A stretch of 64,000 nt of DNA from contig OX597837.1 in NCBI GenBank assembly GCA_951406725.2, positions 42,036,001 through 42,100,000 on the forward strand, given 5' to 3'. The position numbers and the translations under genes are program-made. The notes under the pieces are model-generated. The model worked only from the letters and a program-made list of their open reading frames with translations, searched no databases and was not told the DNA's origin. Positions within the stretch are counted from its first letter, which is position 1. Every line of letters starts with the position of its first letter. The DNA is from Octopus vulgaris (Eukaryota). Below are positions 52,880 to 64,000 of the stretch, one piece after another.

Positions 52880-52929
52880 TATTGTTTCAGTATTATATTT
52901 ATCTGCCTAAATATATAAATGATTAATAT

Positions 52930-53062
52930 ATAGTGCAATGTAATGGTTAGCCTGTAGTATATAGAGGTTAGTCTGTAACACAGTGGTTAGACTCTAGTAT
53001 AATGGATAGCATGCGGCATAATGGTGAACCTGTAGCGTAATGAGTAACATATAATGTAATGT
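52930..53062. repeat. ~20-bp degenerate minisatellite
   Basis: Unit approximately tagtataatggttagcctg, about 6 copies. Confidence 0.6.
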
Positions 53063-53599
53063 TGACTCACTCAGCAGATGTTTGCTTCTCATCAGGAAGA
53101 GGAAGAAGACGGGGAGCCATCATTAAACTTTCCTTTTAAATGAATTGATATTCTGCTTTTATGATTATAGCTATATCACATGTTTATTATGATGTATCAC
53201 ATGGTCAAAATGTCAGAAAGGATGTTACAATGAAAGCTCTACAGCAACCTGGTTAGGAAAGGAAAGACGAATATAAAGCTAATTCTTAGTGGTTGTGATG
53301 GTAGTGGTGGTGGTGGTGGTGGTGGTGGTGTGTGATGATGATATATGCGTGTATTAGCAGTTCCTTAGACGAGTAAGGGAGTGGGGGCAGCGCTTGTAAC
53401 CTTTGCAGGTCCCCCAAAGGTTAGTGAGGTTAGTTCAGTTGATGTTTATTTTGAAATTTCCAAGGCTGATATCTCCAACAGAAAGTTGATAGGGAAACCA
53501 AGGAGTCTCTCCAGGCTGAACTGCAATTTCTCCGCACTGAGGGGCCATAGCTCCCTTATTAAGGATATTTTTATTAAAAGGTTGCAGGAAAGTATCGCA

Positions 53600-53806
53600 A
53601 GATAGATTTATGAAGTTGTGACAACCAGCCGGAGACTTAGGGGACAGATCAAGAATGAGATGGTTGGATAATATTCACAGTCTCACACTCAACAATCCAG
53701 TTAAAAAGTGTTATGACTGTTGCTTTTGATAGAACCCACTGGAGAAGATCCTTAAGACTCTACCTCCTGATCCTTCCAGGAATGGTTGGTAGAGAAGATG
53801 GATGGA
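53600..53806 (+). pseudogene. Decayed RTE LINE C-terminus
   Basis: RSRMRWLDNIHSL...DRTHWRRSL-like translation; same family as 25125-25960. Confidence 0.6.
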
Positions 53807-53956
53807 TCAAAGAAAAATGCTGATACTTAGAGTGGGGAAGGGTGCAATAGCCTAATGTAAGATTAAATGACTGAGGAAAGTGTTTTTACCTGTAGTTGGG
53901 ACAGTGGTAGGGCAGTAGAGTTTCAGTGGGTGTGGTATGTAGTTGATGTAGCTGCT

Positions 53957-54328
53957 GATGTTGATGTTGAGCGAGCGGAGAAGTCCGTAGTGGGAGAAGT
54001 CCGCAATGTGGTCCTTTGCTATTTGTAAGACCTGCAGAAGAGAAAGCAGGTCAACCCCCGACACCGAGAGCATCGACGGATGGATGAATGCACATCCAAG
54101 CTCAGCAGTTGCGTAGGAAGTCAGGGACAAGAAACAGGAAGGAAGAGTGAGAGAAAGTTGGAGCGAAAGAGTACAACAGGGATCGCCACTACCCCCTGCC
54201 GGAGCTTCGTGGAGCTTTTTAGGTGTTTTCGCTCAAAAAACATACACAATGCCCGCTCTGGGAATCGAAACCACGATCCTCCAACCGCGAGTCCGCTGCC
54301 CTAACCACTAGGCCATTGCGCCTCCACT
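53957..54328 (-). mobile_element. SINE family A (tail type 4)
   Basis: Family A head/core with tail catccatccgtcgatgctctcggtgtcgg...caacatcaacatc; atgtagctgctg flanks both ends; tail-only copy at 57670-57855. Confidence 0.85.
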
Positions 54329-55203
54329 GATAATGTAGCTGCTGTTGTAGTAGTGATAGAAGAGGAGAAACAACATGCTTGTTGGTTATAGTGCTGATAA
54401 GCGAATATTAATCAACTGGTGCACTGACCTTCATTGGTGGGGTGGGTTGAGGCCTAAGATGCTTCTATACTGAACCACACCAGCACAGACTCAGATATGT
54501 GAGCATTAATCATTCCAATAGGTGAAGCAATGTAGCTTTATAAAGCCAAGCACTTCAATTTGACCCAGGATATTTTCTGGTCCTATCTAATCTAATCTAA
54601 TCTTCTGACCTAATCTTTGAGATGCAATTTTGACAATTTTGCAGACATGGGATCAGAGTGAGAGATTATTAGAGATTGCTGTAGTGCTTTTGAAGGAGAC
54701 TAAGTTCTCACGGCCTATTTAAGAGGTGTTCTGAAGGTTTTCACTATTGGAAATTGTACAGCTCTGGAATAAAAAGACTTGGCTTCACAATGGATAACAA
54801 CTACGAACACCTGAGTACATGCCCGACTAATTTTCTATTTTCACTTAACTTTCAAATATTCCTCCTTCTAGATCAATTCATTTCAGTATATGGAAAGTAC
54901 ACAACAGTATCTCTCATTCTCAAGAGGAACAATTTCTCCTTGACATTCTTCCATAACATTTCAATAAAGGCAAATTTGTTGCTTTTAATTGTGAGTGGTG
55001 ACAAGATTCTAGCTAAGTTAGTTGACTATGAACTTCCCTCAACTTTTTTTTTGGCCATAAGTTTCCTAACAGAATACACCATTATAGACCGAAGCCTGGT
55101 GTGTGTTACAGACTTCTATTTCAGTTGGGAATGGTACCTGGATGGCAGGACTATTCCAATACAGAAAGGTGTGGAAACTGCACTGCAACATACTGCAACA
55201 TTC

Positions 55204-55381
55204 CAGAGTGAAGTGGAACCTTGAGTACAGTAGACTGCTCAATTACAGAGTAGAGAGAAGCTTTGAGTGCAACAGACTACTTCATTTCAGAGTGAAGTGG
55301 AACCTTGAGTACAGTAGACTGCTCAATTACAGAGTAGAGAGAAGCTTTGAGTGCAACAGACTACTTCATATCAGAGTGAAG
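55204..55381. repeat. 84-bp near-perfect tandem duplication (2 x 42-bp subunits)
   Basis: cagagtgaagtggaaccttgagtac at 55204 and 55288. Confidence 0.9.
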
Positions 55382-55519
55382 AGGAGGATAAAGTCCGACA
55401 TATCTACACAAACACACACATACAAATATATTTTTATCATATTAATTTCATAAAACCCACACACATGTAAGCATAGGTGTTATGAAGGTATAGCAGTATC
55501 TTTATATATGTTCAGAGTA

Positions 55520-56742
55520 CAGAGTGTACTTGAAGACAGTTATCAGTTTATTACTCTTTTCAAATCAAAAGCTTTTTAAGATTTTTGTCAGACCCCCCAC
55601 AGCAGATAAAATACTAACACATGAAGTGCAAAGATATGCAGTCATTGTTGCTATATGTGTGAAACACAGAAATTTAAAAATTGCCAACTTTCTAAATTTT
55701 GCAAGGTCTTTTGTACACAAAATTTGGATAGAATTGGAAGCCTCTGGCAAAAACGTTTCAACTGTATCAAAGAGAAAAAACTTTCTAAACATTCAAACAT
55801 TATAAGAACACCATAATTCATCCAACAAGTTCAAATCATTATCAATGACAATGCTGGAAACTCAACGATGACCATCAAGGTGTTGGAGTAGACTATCAGA
55901 ACTGTGGTGTACTAGAATATTTAATACAAGAACTTAAGGAGAGACCAATTCATGAGTGCAAGTATTGAAAAACCTTTACGTCAGTGCTAAGCAGCCACTT
56001 AACAAGGTTAAAACATTTCATGAACATGGCTTGGTTGCGAAAAACTTCAAGCAAGACCAAAAGTCTGACAGGGAGAAATGACAGATGGTCAAGTGCAGAT
56101 AGTTCTGATTTTCCCAGGCTGATGGACACTAAGTTTCCAGCAACTGGGATAGTTTTAGGAGTGGTGAGTAATGAAGGTTATGGCATGCCATGTCACATCT
56201 TTCCACAGGGTCTTAGAATTAATGCTGCTTAGACCACAGGGTCTTAGAATTAATGTTGAAAAACTGAAGACAGTTGCTAAACCCGGGCTGGATGGAGTAC
56301 ACAGTGGAAGGCCATACAGGTTTCAACAAGGCTCAGCACTTTTTCACAAAGCTCGTGTAACCCAAGAATGAATGTCAGGCAATTTTCATGATCCTCTAAT
56401 ACCGAACTTGTCAAATTTAAATCCCATTGACTACTACATTTGGAGCACTATTGAACAGAAGAGTAATCAATATCCTCATAAAACCATAGCTTTACCAAAG
56501 GCCACCATTATTCAGGTGATGTCTGAAACGAATAAGGACTATTTAATGCAGACATATCATTGATTCCAGTCCTATACTAAAGCAGTCATCAAAGCTGAAG
56601 TTGGATTCATAGACTAATCTTATAGAAAAGCTTATTAAGAACATTTTCACAAATCTTCATTAAAATAGCTTTTTTTTTTTTACAAGATTTGAATTGTTTT
56701 ATTAAATTATTAAATATGTCCTCAAATACCTCCAACACTTTG
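55520..56742 (+). mobile_element. Decayed full-length Tc1/mariner-superfamily transposon (maT/DD37D-like)
   Basis: TA flanks; degenerate TIRs cagagtgt / acactttg; transposase remnants TKFPATGIVLGVVSNEG...PQGLRINA, FQQGSALFHKARVTQE, NLNPIDYYIWS (cf. FQQDSAPAH, SPDLNPLDY); many frameshifts. Confidence 0.85.
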
Positions 56743-57855
56743 TATATTAATTAATTTTTGACTCTGAGTCATGACGTGTAAAGCGAACATGTACGCAATA
56801 AAATTACTATAACAGAGTTACTGAATTTTCTTTGCTTTGAGTATAGAGTTTATTTGTACGTAGAGACACTTGCAAGTACATCAAGACTATCTGTCTGTTT
56901 GTCTATCTTAGTTATCAGTTATGTGTGTGTGTATATATGTTTATGTTTATATAATATGATTATATGTGCATGTGTACATAAACACATGTAAAACATTGAG
57001 AGAGAGAGAGAGGGAGAGAGAGAGAATGGGAGATAGAAGAGAGATGGAGAGAGAGAGAGAATGGGAGATAGAGGAGAGAGGGAGAGAGAGATGGGGGAGA
57101 AATACATGTTCTTAATTTGTTCATAGCTTTTGTAACTAGTTTGTTTAGTCAGAAATAATAGAAGTACTACAGACATAAAAGGTGGGACTTATTTTACATT
57201 TTTCGACTGAAGAACGCACATACATTCAGAGGAGGGAAAGCGTGAGGGGGGGGGGGGAGACTTTGTCTTTGTTATTATGTTGAATATTCAATTCTTTGGC
57301 AATGAGAATATAAATTTACAGATTTGCTGATTGTAAGTTTGACAAAAGAAACTACAAATGTTTAATAGAGTTCACAACTTTTCTTTCCAATCAGAAAAAG
57401 CAATTTCCTTTCGAATCCATTTCCAATTTCTAAAAGTATTGATGATAGCAAAAACTACTTTTCGATATAACAGAAAGCAACTAAAACTCTAAAGAACAAC
57501 AAAATGTTTTGACATTTTAAAATTCCAGTAATTTTCTAAATATTTATTATATTGTTGTTGAATAAACAACTAATGTTATGAATCATATCAACTACCAGCT
57601 TAACTCAGTAGAGAACAATTTGCTACCAATTTGCGAAGACCTGTCTGGCCAAATGAAGCTGTAGTCAAGGCTGATGTCAGTGTTGCTGTTGAGCTGTTGA
57701 GCGAACGGTCTTCATCCCAGAGCTCACAAGATGGGAGAAGTCCAAAACATGGCCCTTTGCTATTTGTAAGACCCGCAGAAGAGAAAGCAGGTCAACCTCC
57801 GACACTGAGAGCATCGATGGATGGATGAATGCGCATCCAGGCTCAGTGGTTGCAT

Positions 57856-58009
57856 ATTTTCTCTCTTTATTTTCTCTCCTTGTTCCTTTCAGTGGAAGAG
57901 CGTAGGCTCAAAACGTTAAAGATTTTTTCTGTTCCTTAAACTAATACATCTGTTTGTTGTCTACACCACTTGTCTTCATTTTTTGTTGTTTTTTTTTTGT
58001 GAATTCTCC

Positions 58010-58015
<6 letters not shown>
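57856..58015. repeat. Dispersed repeat adjoining (TA)n, possibly Penelope-like
   Basis: Reverse complement of 61872-62035. Confidence 0.6.
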
Positions 58016-58068
<53 letters not shown>

Positions 58069-58069
<1 letters not shown>

Positions 58070-58280
58070 CTTGTTTCAGTCATTAGACTGCAGCCATGCT
58101 TGGGCACCACCTTGAATTTTTAATCAAATGGCTCAACTCCAGAACTTATTTTTTAAAGCCTAGTACTTATTCTATCAGCCTCTTTTGCTGAACTGCTAAG
58201 TTATAGGGATGCAAACACACCAACACTGGTTGTCAAGTGGTGGTGGTGGGTGGGGGAACAAACACACACACACACACACA
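58069..58280 (-). mobile_element. SINE family B 3' half, diverged
   Basis: cttgtttcagtcattagactgcagccatgc...gtacttattctatcagcctcttttgctgaac. Confidence 0.75.
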
Positions 58281-58352
58281 TATGTATACACATAGCGGAT
58301 CTTCTTCTAGCATAAGGGTTTCCACATAGTGGTTAAAAAAAAATCCCCTCTT

Positions 58353-58393
<41 letters not shown>

Positions 58394-59469
58394 AGTCTTA
58401 CTTGTTGTTTTCAGCTTAGGTTGAAATTTTATTAGTGTATCTAATGCCTAGTTTTCCTGTTTTCGTAACTCACGTCAACATAAGAGTTGATGGAATATAT
58501 GATAGAATGATAGAATGCAATCACAGTGACATTACCTTCCCAGGCAAAAATAAAAACTCATCAAACATTACCTGCTGAAGCATAAACACTTCTCATCTCT
58601 GGTAAACTTTTAGAACTACCTTGTTAAATTAGAGGGAAATTAATTAATAGAAATTTAAACAAGACCTCAAATATCCGTCATTCCTAGGATTAACCAAATA
58701 TTTTATGGCGACCATTCAACGAGAAATATCACATTACACAGAATATGATTTAAAGGTGATTTTATATACTTAACAATGCCCAGAAGTTCAAAACAAGTCA
58801 TTAACCGCATCAGACAGGTTTAGCTCTTCTGTAGAATGTAAGCTCATTCAACAAACTGTGATATATCACCACATCTTGACTTTGGTTAATCTCAGACGTG
58901 AAAGGAGAAATTTCATCTTATAGTGTTTTCTTCTACATCACCACTACCCAAAAAAAGAAAATGTGTATTTATGGGCCTTTCTGTATACTTGACGGCAGGT
59001 TGGATGACAAGTCATTCTGTAAGAGCTTTTGTTTCCCAAATAGATAAAGTACTGCAGCAAAGCAATCTTGAGCTATAAATAACTCTAAGTTATCTCGAGG
59101 TATTTTGTATTTTGGTGTCAGTATTTTCACAAAGATAAAAAATTTTTAGCAATTTATACCTGCTCTCTTCTGCATGCATATTCCGATGCAAGTTGTTGAA
59201 TCAATGTTTTAGTGCAGGAGATTTTTACGCAACACCAATAGAGTTACCGATTCGGTAGGCTTGAGAAGAAAGCTAGGTGTGATAAGCTTGTCATTATAGG
59301 GAACTCGGTAGCACCTGTGAGATATTTTATGTAACTAAACATTGCTGTCACCGAAGCTGACTTGGAAAATATATGGGGATAGATACGACCAATATTTCGA
59401 ACAACAGGAATAAAAGCTAAACTGAAAATAACAACTGCCGCTGCTGCCGCCACCACCACTACCACCATC

Positions 59470-59760
59470 ACCATCATCATTTAACGTCCATCTTTCATGC
59501 TGGCATGGGTTGGATGGTTAGAGCTGGTGAGTCAGAATTCTGCACCTACCTCTAATGTCTGCTTTGGCATGGTTTCTACAGCTGAATGCCCTTCCTAATG
59601 CCAATCCCTTTGCAGAATGCACTGGGTGTTTTTTACGCGGCACCAGCACCTGTGAGGTCACCAAGGAGCTTGCAAGATGAGACCCTTCAACGGAATGGAG
59701 AGAAGACAGCATCATCATCATCTTTTAATGTCTGCTTTCCATGCTGGCATGGGTTGGACA
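59470..59760 (-). mobile_element. Two RTE-tail-bearing fragments
   Basis: (CAT)n ttaacgtccatctttcatgctggcatgggttgga at ~59470 and again at ~59710. Confidence 0.65.
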
Positions 59761-59962
59761 GGTATTGAGGAAATTGGGTTTGTGGTTTTTTGTCAAGTGA
59801 TGAGAGGTTAGAGTATGACAAAGAGATAGAGACAGGTGTCTTGCAGTAGAGAAGGTACATGGCTACCCCTATACAGAGAGACACAGAGAGAGGGAGGGAG
59901 GAAGAGAGAAGATGTCAGGGCACATCCTCAGGTTATGCAGTGGAGGGGTATATAAGTGAGAT

Positions 59963-60195
59963 AAGGCAGCGAGCTGGCAGAGTTGTTAGCACGCCGGGCG
60001 AAATGCGTAGCCATATTTCGTCTGCCATTATGTTCTGAGTTCAAATTCCGCCGAGGTTGACTTTGCCTTTCATCCTTTCGGGGTCGATTAAATAAGTACC
60101 AGTTACACACTGGGGTCGATATAATCGACTCAATCCGTTTGTCTGTCCTTGTTTGTCCCCTCTGTGTTTAGCCCCTTGTGGGTAGTAAAGAATTA
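59963..60195 (+). mobile_element. SINE family C flanked by ~200-bp direct repeats
   Basis: Full head-to-tail copy; 59761-59962 is repeated at 60196-60446. Confidence 0.9.
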
Positions 60196-61339
60196 GGTAT
60201 TGAGGAAATAGGGTTCGTGATTTTGTGTCAAGTGATGAGAGTTTAGAGTATGACAGAGGGATAGAGACAAGTGTCTTGCAGTAGAGGAGGTACATGGCCA
60301 CCCCTATATGGAGAGAGACAGAGAGAGGGAGGGAGGTACATGGCCACCCCTATGAGGAGAGAAAGAGAGGGAGGGAGGGAGGGAGGGAGAGAGAAGATGT
60401 CAGGGCACATCCTCAGGTTATGCACTGGAGGGGTATATAAGTGAGATGGCATAGGGGGGTTGGATAAGGTGAGTGGACAATAAAACAATATGGCGCAAAG
60501 AGAAGAGAAAAATAGTTATTGCTGCCATTTGCCAATCAATGAAAATGACCTCAGATTTGTAAAATTTACCACTTCTAGACTAAAGAACGACAACATAAGT
60601 TATTCCATTTGTAAACACTTAAGAGGTCTCAATGTTTCAGCTAATCCTATCTGAAATGCTTCTTGCAGAAAACATCAGCCATAACAACATTTTGTGTTTA
60701 ATGGAACATAAATATTTATAACAATGAATGAGACATTCTGCAATGTTTTAGCCGCAGACAAGTTGCTCTAATTAATGACAATGAGTTAGTTCCGAGGTAA
60801 AGTGCTGCTGAAAATAAAGCCAGCACTAAGTGCTGGCTGTTGGCCATAATAAAATTATGTCGATCTAGATGAAGGCCACACTCGCTATGCGGAGAGCTGC
60901 ATTACTTGAAGAGCTTGAAGTCACCTAAATTGGCTTTTTACTTTCCTTATTCAATTTAAAAGCATTTAGAGATGTAATCTAGAGTTGTGTAGATTTAATA
61001 CTTGTTAAAAAGATAAATTTTTATATCATTTACTATGTCACACACAATACTATTAGACATATGTAATGTATGTTGAATATGCTCAGAGATAAGACAAGTA
61101 GCTAATGGTTTAAACGCGGTAAACTTGATAAAATTATGTTGCAATTATTTGAATTGCAAAGAAAATCAAAGTACAATGATTTTAAACAATGCTGGTGGGT
61201 ATGAGGACAGGTTTTATCACCTCTACTGAACACACCACACAAATCAATACTTCACTTGAAATATACTGTAACTGCCTTACAAAGATATGTTTAACTCTGT
61301 AGGGATCTAAGAGAAAAATAGGGATGCAGAGGGAGAACG

Positions 61340-61421
<82 letters not shown>

Positions 61422-61423
61422 AT

Positions 61424-61566
61424 AGGCGCAGGTGTGGCTGTGTGGTAAGAAGCTTGTTTCCCCAACACATGGTTCTGGGTTCAGTCCCACTGCATGGCAC
61501 CTTAGGAACGCATCTTCTACTATAGCCTTGTGAGTGGTTTTGATAAACGGAAACTGAAAGAAGCCC

Positions 61567-61609
<43 letters not shown>

Positions 61610-61815
61610 GTGTAAGTGTTCGTATTTGTCACCCCACCCCACCACTTGACAACCAGTGTTGGTGTGTTTGCATCCCATAACTTAGCATAAGAGTTCAGCA
61701 TAAGAGACAAATAGAATAAGTACCAGGCTTAAAAAATAAGTTCTGGAGTCGAGCCATTTGATTAAAAATTCAAGGTGGTGCCCAAGCATGGCTGCAGTCT
61801 AATGATTGAAACAAT
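61424..61815 (+). mobile_element. SINE family B
   Basis: ggcgcaggtgtggctgtgtggtaag head to gattgaaacaat tail. Confidence 0.85.
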
Positions 61816-61823
61816 AATATATA

Positions 61824-61869
<46 letters not shown>

Positions 61870-61871
61870 GT

Positions 61872-62035
61872 AGGGGAGAATTCACAAAAAAAAAAAACAA
61901 CAAAAAATGAAGACAAGTGGTGTAGACAACAAACAGATGTATTAGTTTAAGGAACAGAAAAAGTCTTTAACGTTTCGAGCGTACGCTCTTCCACAGAAAG
62001 GAACACAGAAAGAAACAAGGAGAGAAAATAAAGAA
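61872..62035. repeat. Dispersed repeat adjoining (TA)n, inverted partner of 57856-58015
   Basis: ggggagaattcacaaaa...aacgtttcgagcgtacgctcttcc. Confidence 0.6.
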
Positions 62036-62241
62036 TGTGTAGTGGCTAGCGATCTATCATGGCAATATCATGGCAAAAATATATATATATATATAGTTTA
62101 CAGTTTCATTACACAAAAAAAGTACTCCATCTAATGAGAGATAATTATCGTTTAATATACACATTTTACAAAAGAGCTACTAATAGCGTCATGCTTTAGT
62201 GACACAGTAAGTTGCTAATCTATATTATAACAACATACCAT

Positions 62242-62313
62242 TTATCTCCAAGTAATCTTTCAAGCCCAGTGCATATCAATCTGCACTGAGCCTGAAAGAT
62301 TACTTGGAGATAA
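62242..62313 (-). ncRNA. Candidate pre-miRNA-like hairpin
   Basis: 32-bp inverted repeat, 8-nt loop, 2 mismatches that are both G:U on the minus strand; no second copy seen in window. Confidence 0.4.
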
Positions 62314-62361
62314 CAATGTTTAATATGAGGGAATGGAAAAGGAGACACTAAGAATGATGAG

Positions 62362-62665
62362 GTGGAGGCACATGGCCTAGTGGTTGAGCAGCAGACTCAT
62401 GGTTGAGGGATTGTGGGTTCGAATCTCAGACCGGGCAATGTGTGTGTTTATGAGTGAAACACCTAAGTTCCACGCGGCTCCGGCAGAAGGTAATGGTGAA
62501 CTTCTGCTGACTCTTTCCCCACAACTTTCTCTCACTCTTTCCTCCTGCATCTTGCAGCTCACCTGCGACAGACCAGTGTTCCATCCAGGTGGGGAACCTT
62601 ATACACCAAGGAAACCAAGAAACCGGCCCTTATGAGCCAGGCATGGCTCGAGAAGGAACAAACAA
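62362..62665 (+). mobile_element. SINE family A (tail type 3), full length
   Basis: gtggaggcacatggcctagtggttgag A-box, gggttcgaatctc B-box, tail ggctcgagaaggaacaaac. Confidence 0.9.
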
Positions 62666-62942
62666 GAATGATGAGAGGAAGGTGAACAGTGGATGTAGTT
62701 AGTTGCTTTGGATGGGAGTGGCACAACTTGCTTACTAATACTAATAAATGAAGTGAATTAGAATCAGTGCATGTGTTCATTATTGGCATAAAGACCTTCC
62801 TGAGAAATAATTTCCAAAGTATGACTGAGAGATTAACCTTTATTTTTTTCCCCACCTAATAATATTTAACAGTTTTTTCAATGAGAGTTCTCTGAAACAC
62901 CTTAGCCAGAGGTGGGGGCACTGACCTAATTTTTGTTTTGGG

Positions 62943-63374
62943 TTGGCTGTGTGGTAAGAAGGTTCCTTCTCAATCACATCGTTTCAGGTTCAGTCACGGT
63001 TTGTGAAACTTTTGATAAGTGTCTTCAACTATAGCCCCAGGCAACCCAAAGCCTTGTGAATGGATTTGGTAGACAGAAACTGAAAGGTATCTGTCATATG
63101 TGTGTGTGTGTGTGTGTATGTGTGTGTGTGTGTGTCTGTGTGTGTTCCACTGTCTCATTTGCTTGATATCACGTGATAGTTCTGAGCGTCACCATCATGC
63201 AAGCATTGACCTCTGTTTCCAATCTTCCAAGATGTCTGGTCATGGAAAAATATTACCTTACTTGGAAATAGGTAGCAGTTGGCAACAGGAAGAGCAGCTA
63301 GCCATAAAAAAAAAGACTTACCTCAACAAATTCTGTTTAATACACATGAGCATAGAAAAGAGAATGTAAAATGC

Positions 63375-63406
<32 letters not shown>

Positions 63407-63425
63407 ATGATTATGATGATGATGA
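62943..63425 (+). mobile_element. SINE-B head/core with RTE-like (GAT)n tail
   Basis: tggctgtgtggtaag head; after (TG)n the sequence differs from the standard B tail and ends in (GAT)n. Confidence 0.7.
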
Positions 63426-63749
63426 TTACGTTGAATATAAATAAGTTGATATTTTCTTGAAATGTTGCATGGCAAAAGGTTGATATTTTATAAGTGGAAA
63501 AATTCCTAGGAGCTGTTGGCAGCATTCCAAGATGTCTTGGAATGCTGTTTGAAAAGTCAGAAAAATTTAAAGCCACCAATATTTCATATTTCATGTATGA
63601 ATGCAAGTAAAGCCACGACAAAAGAAGGTGCGGAGCTGAAGGAGACGCTTTATGGAATCTAGTCTGGTGCATCGCATTAGTGCTTGCAAAGTCTGCTTTT
63701 AATGGTTTTTATAAGATCAATAAAATAAACAGTAAAGTTTTTTTTTTTT

Positions 63750-63956
63750 TACTTGTTTCAGTCATTTGACTGCGGCCATGCTGGGGCACCGCCTTTGATC
63801 GAGCAACTCGACCCCCGGGACTTATTCTTTTGTAAGCCCAGTACTTATTCTATCGGTCTCTTTTGCCGAACCGCTAAGTAACGGAGACATAAACACATCA
63901 GCATCGGTTGTCAAGCAATGCTAGGGGGACAAACAGACACACAAACACATACACAC

Positions 63957-64000
<44 letters not shown>
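63750..64000 (-). mobile_element. SINE family B 3' half (runs off window)
   Basis: acttgtttcagtcatttgactgcggccatgctggggcaccgcc. Confidence 0.88.

Noticed and set aside
53350-53600. Possible CR1/L2 LINE remnant (PWF motif on minus strand; ENLVSF-like motif near 54700)
   Set aside because: Motifs too short and degenerate to support without BLASTX.
54754-55224. 156-aa + strand ORF
   Set aside because: Non-ATG start, no recognisable domain, composition typical of AT-rich non-coding or decayed TE DNA.

Overview
AT-rich eukaryotic non-coding DNA, very likely an octopus (coleoid cephalopod) intron or intergenic region. That assignment is inferred from repeat content and was not verified by a search. 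I find no intact protein-coding gene; nearly all supplied ORFs are microsatellite or repeat read-throughs. The window is a mosaic of (TA)n/(CA)n/(TAA)n/(CAT)n microsatellites and at least four tRNA-derived SINE families (labelled A-D here) with interchangeable 3' tails. It also holds 5'-truncated RTE-clade LINEs, three R4/Dong-like RLE LINE ends sitting in (TAA)n, two non-autonomous Helitron pieces, a decayed Tc1/mariner (maT-like) transposon and MITEs. There are two SINE-derived tandem arrays (184 bp and 212 bp units) and several unique TAAT/CpG-rich islands that may be regulatory. Best leads: (1) a 72-nt near-perfect unique hairpin at 62242-62313 (pre-miRNA candidate); (2) a SINE whose 3' end repeatedly abuts GGTAT, a motif also in its own head, suggesting self-insertion builds arrays, with one copy flanked by a ~200-bp duplication; (3) a 6/9-nt + strand microexon candidate at 51671-51679; (4) an extra internal segment in one Helitron. 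Most repeat boundaries were read by eye and are approximate.
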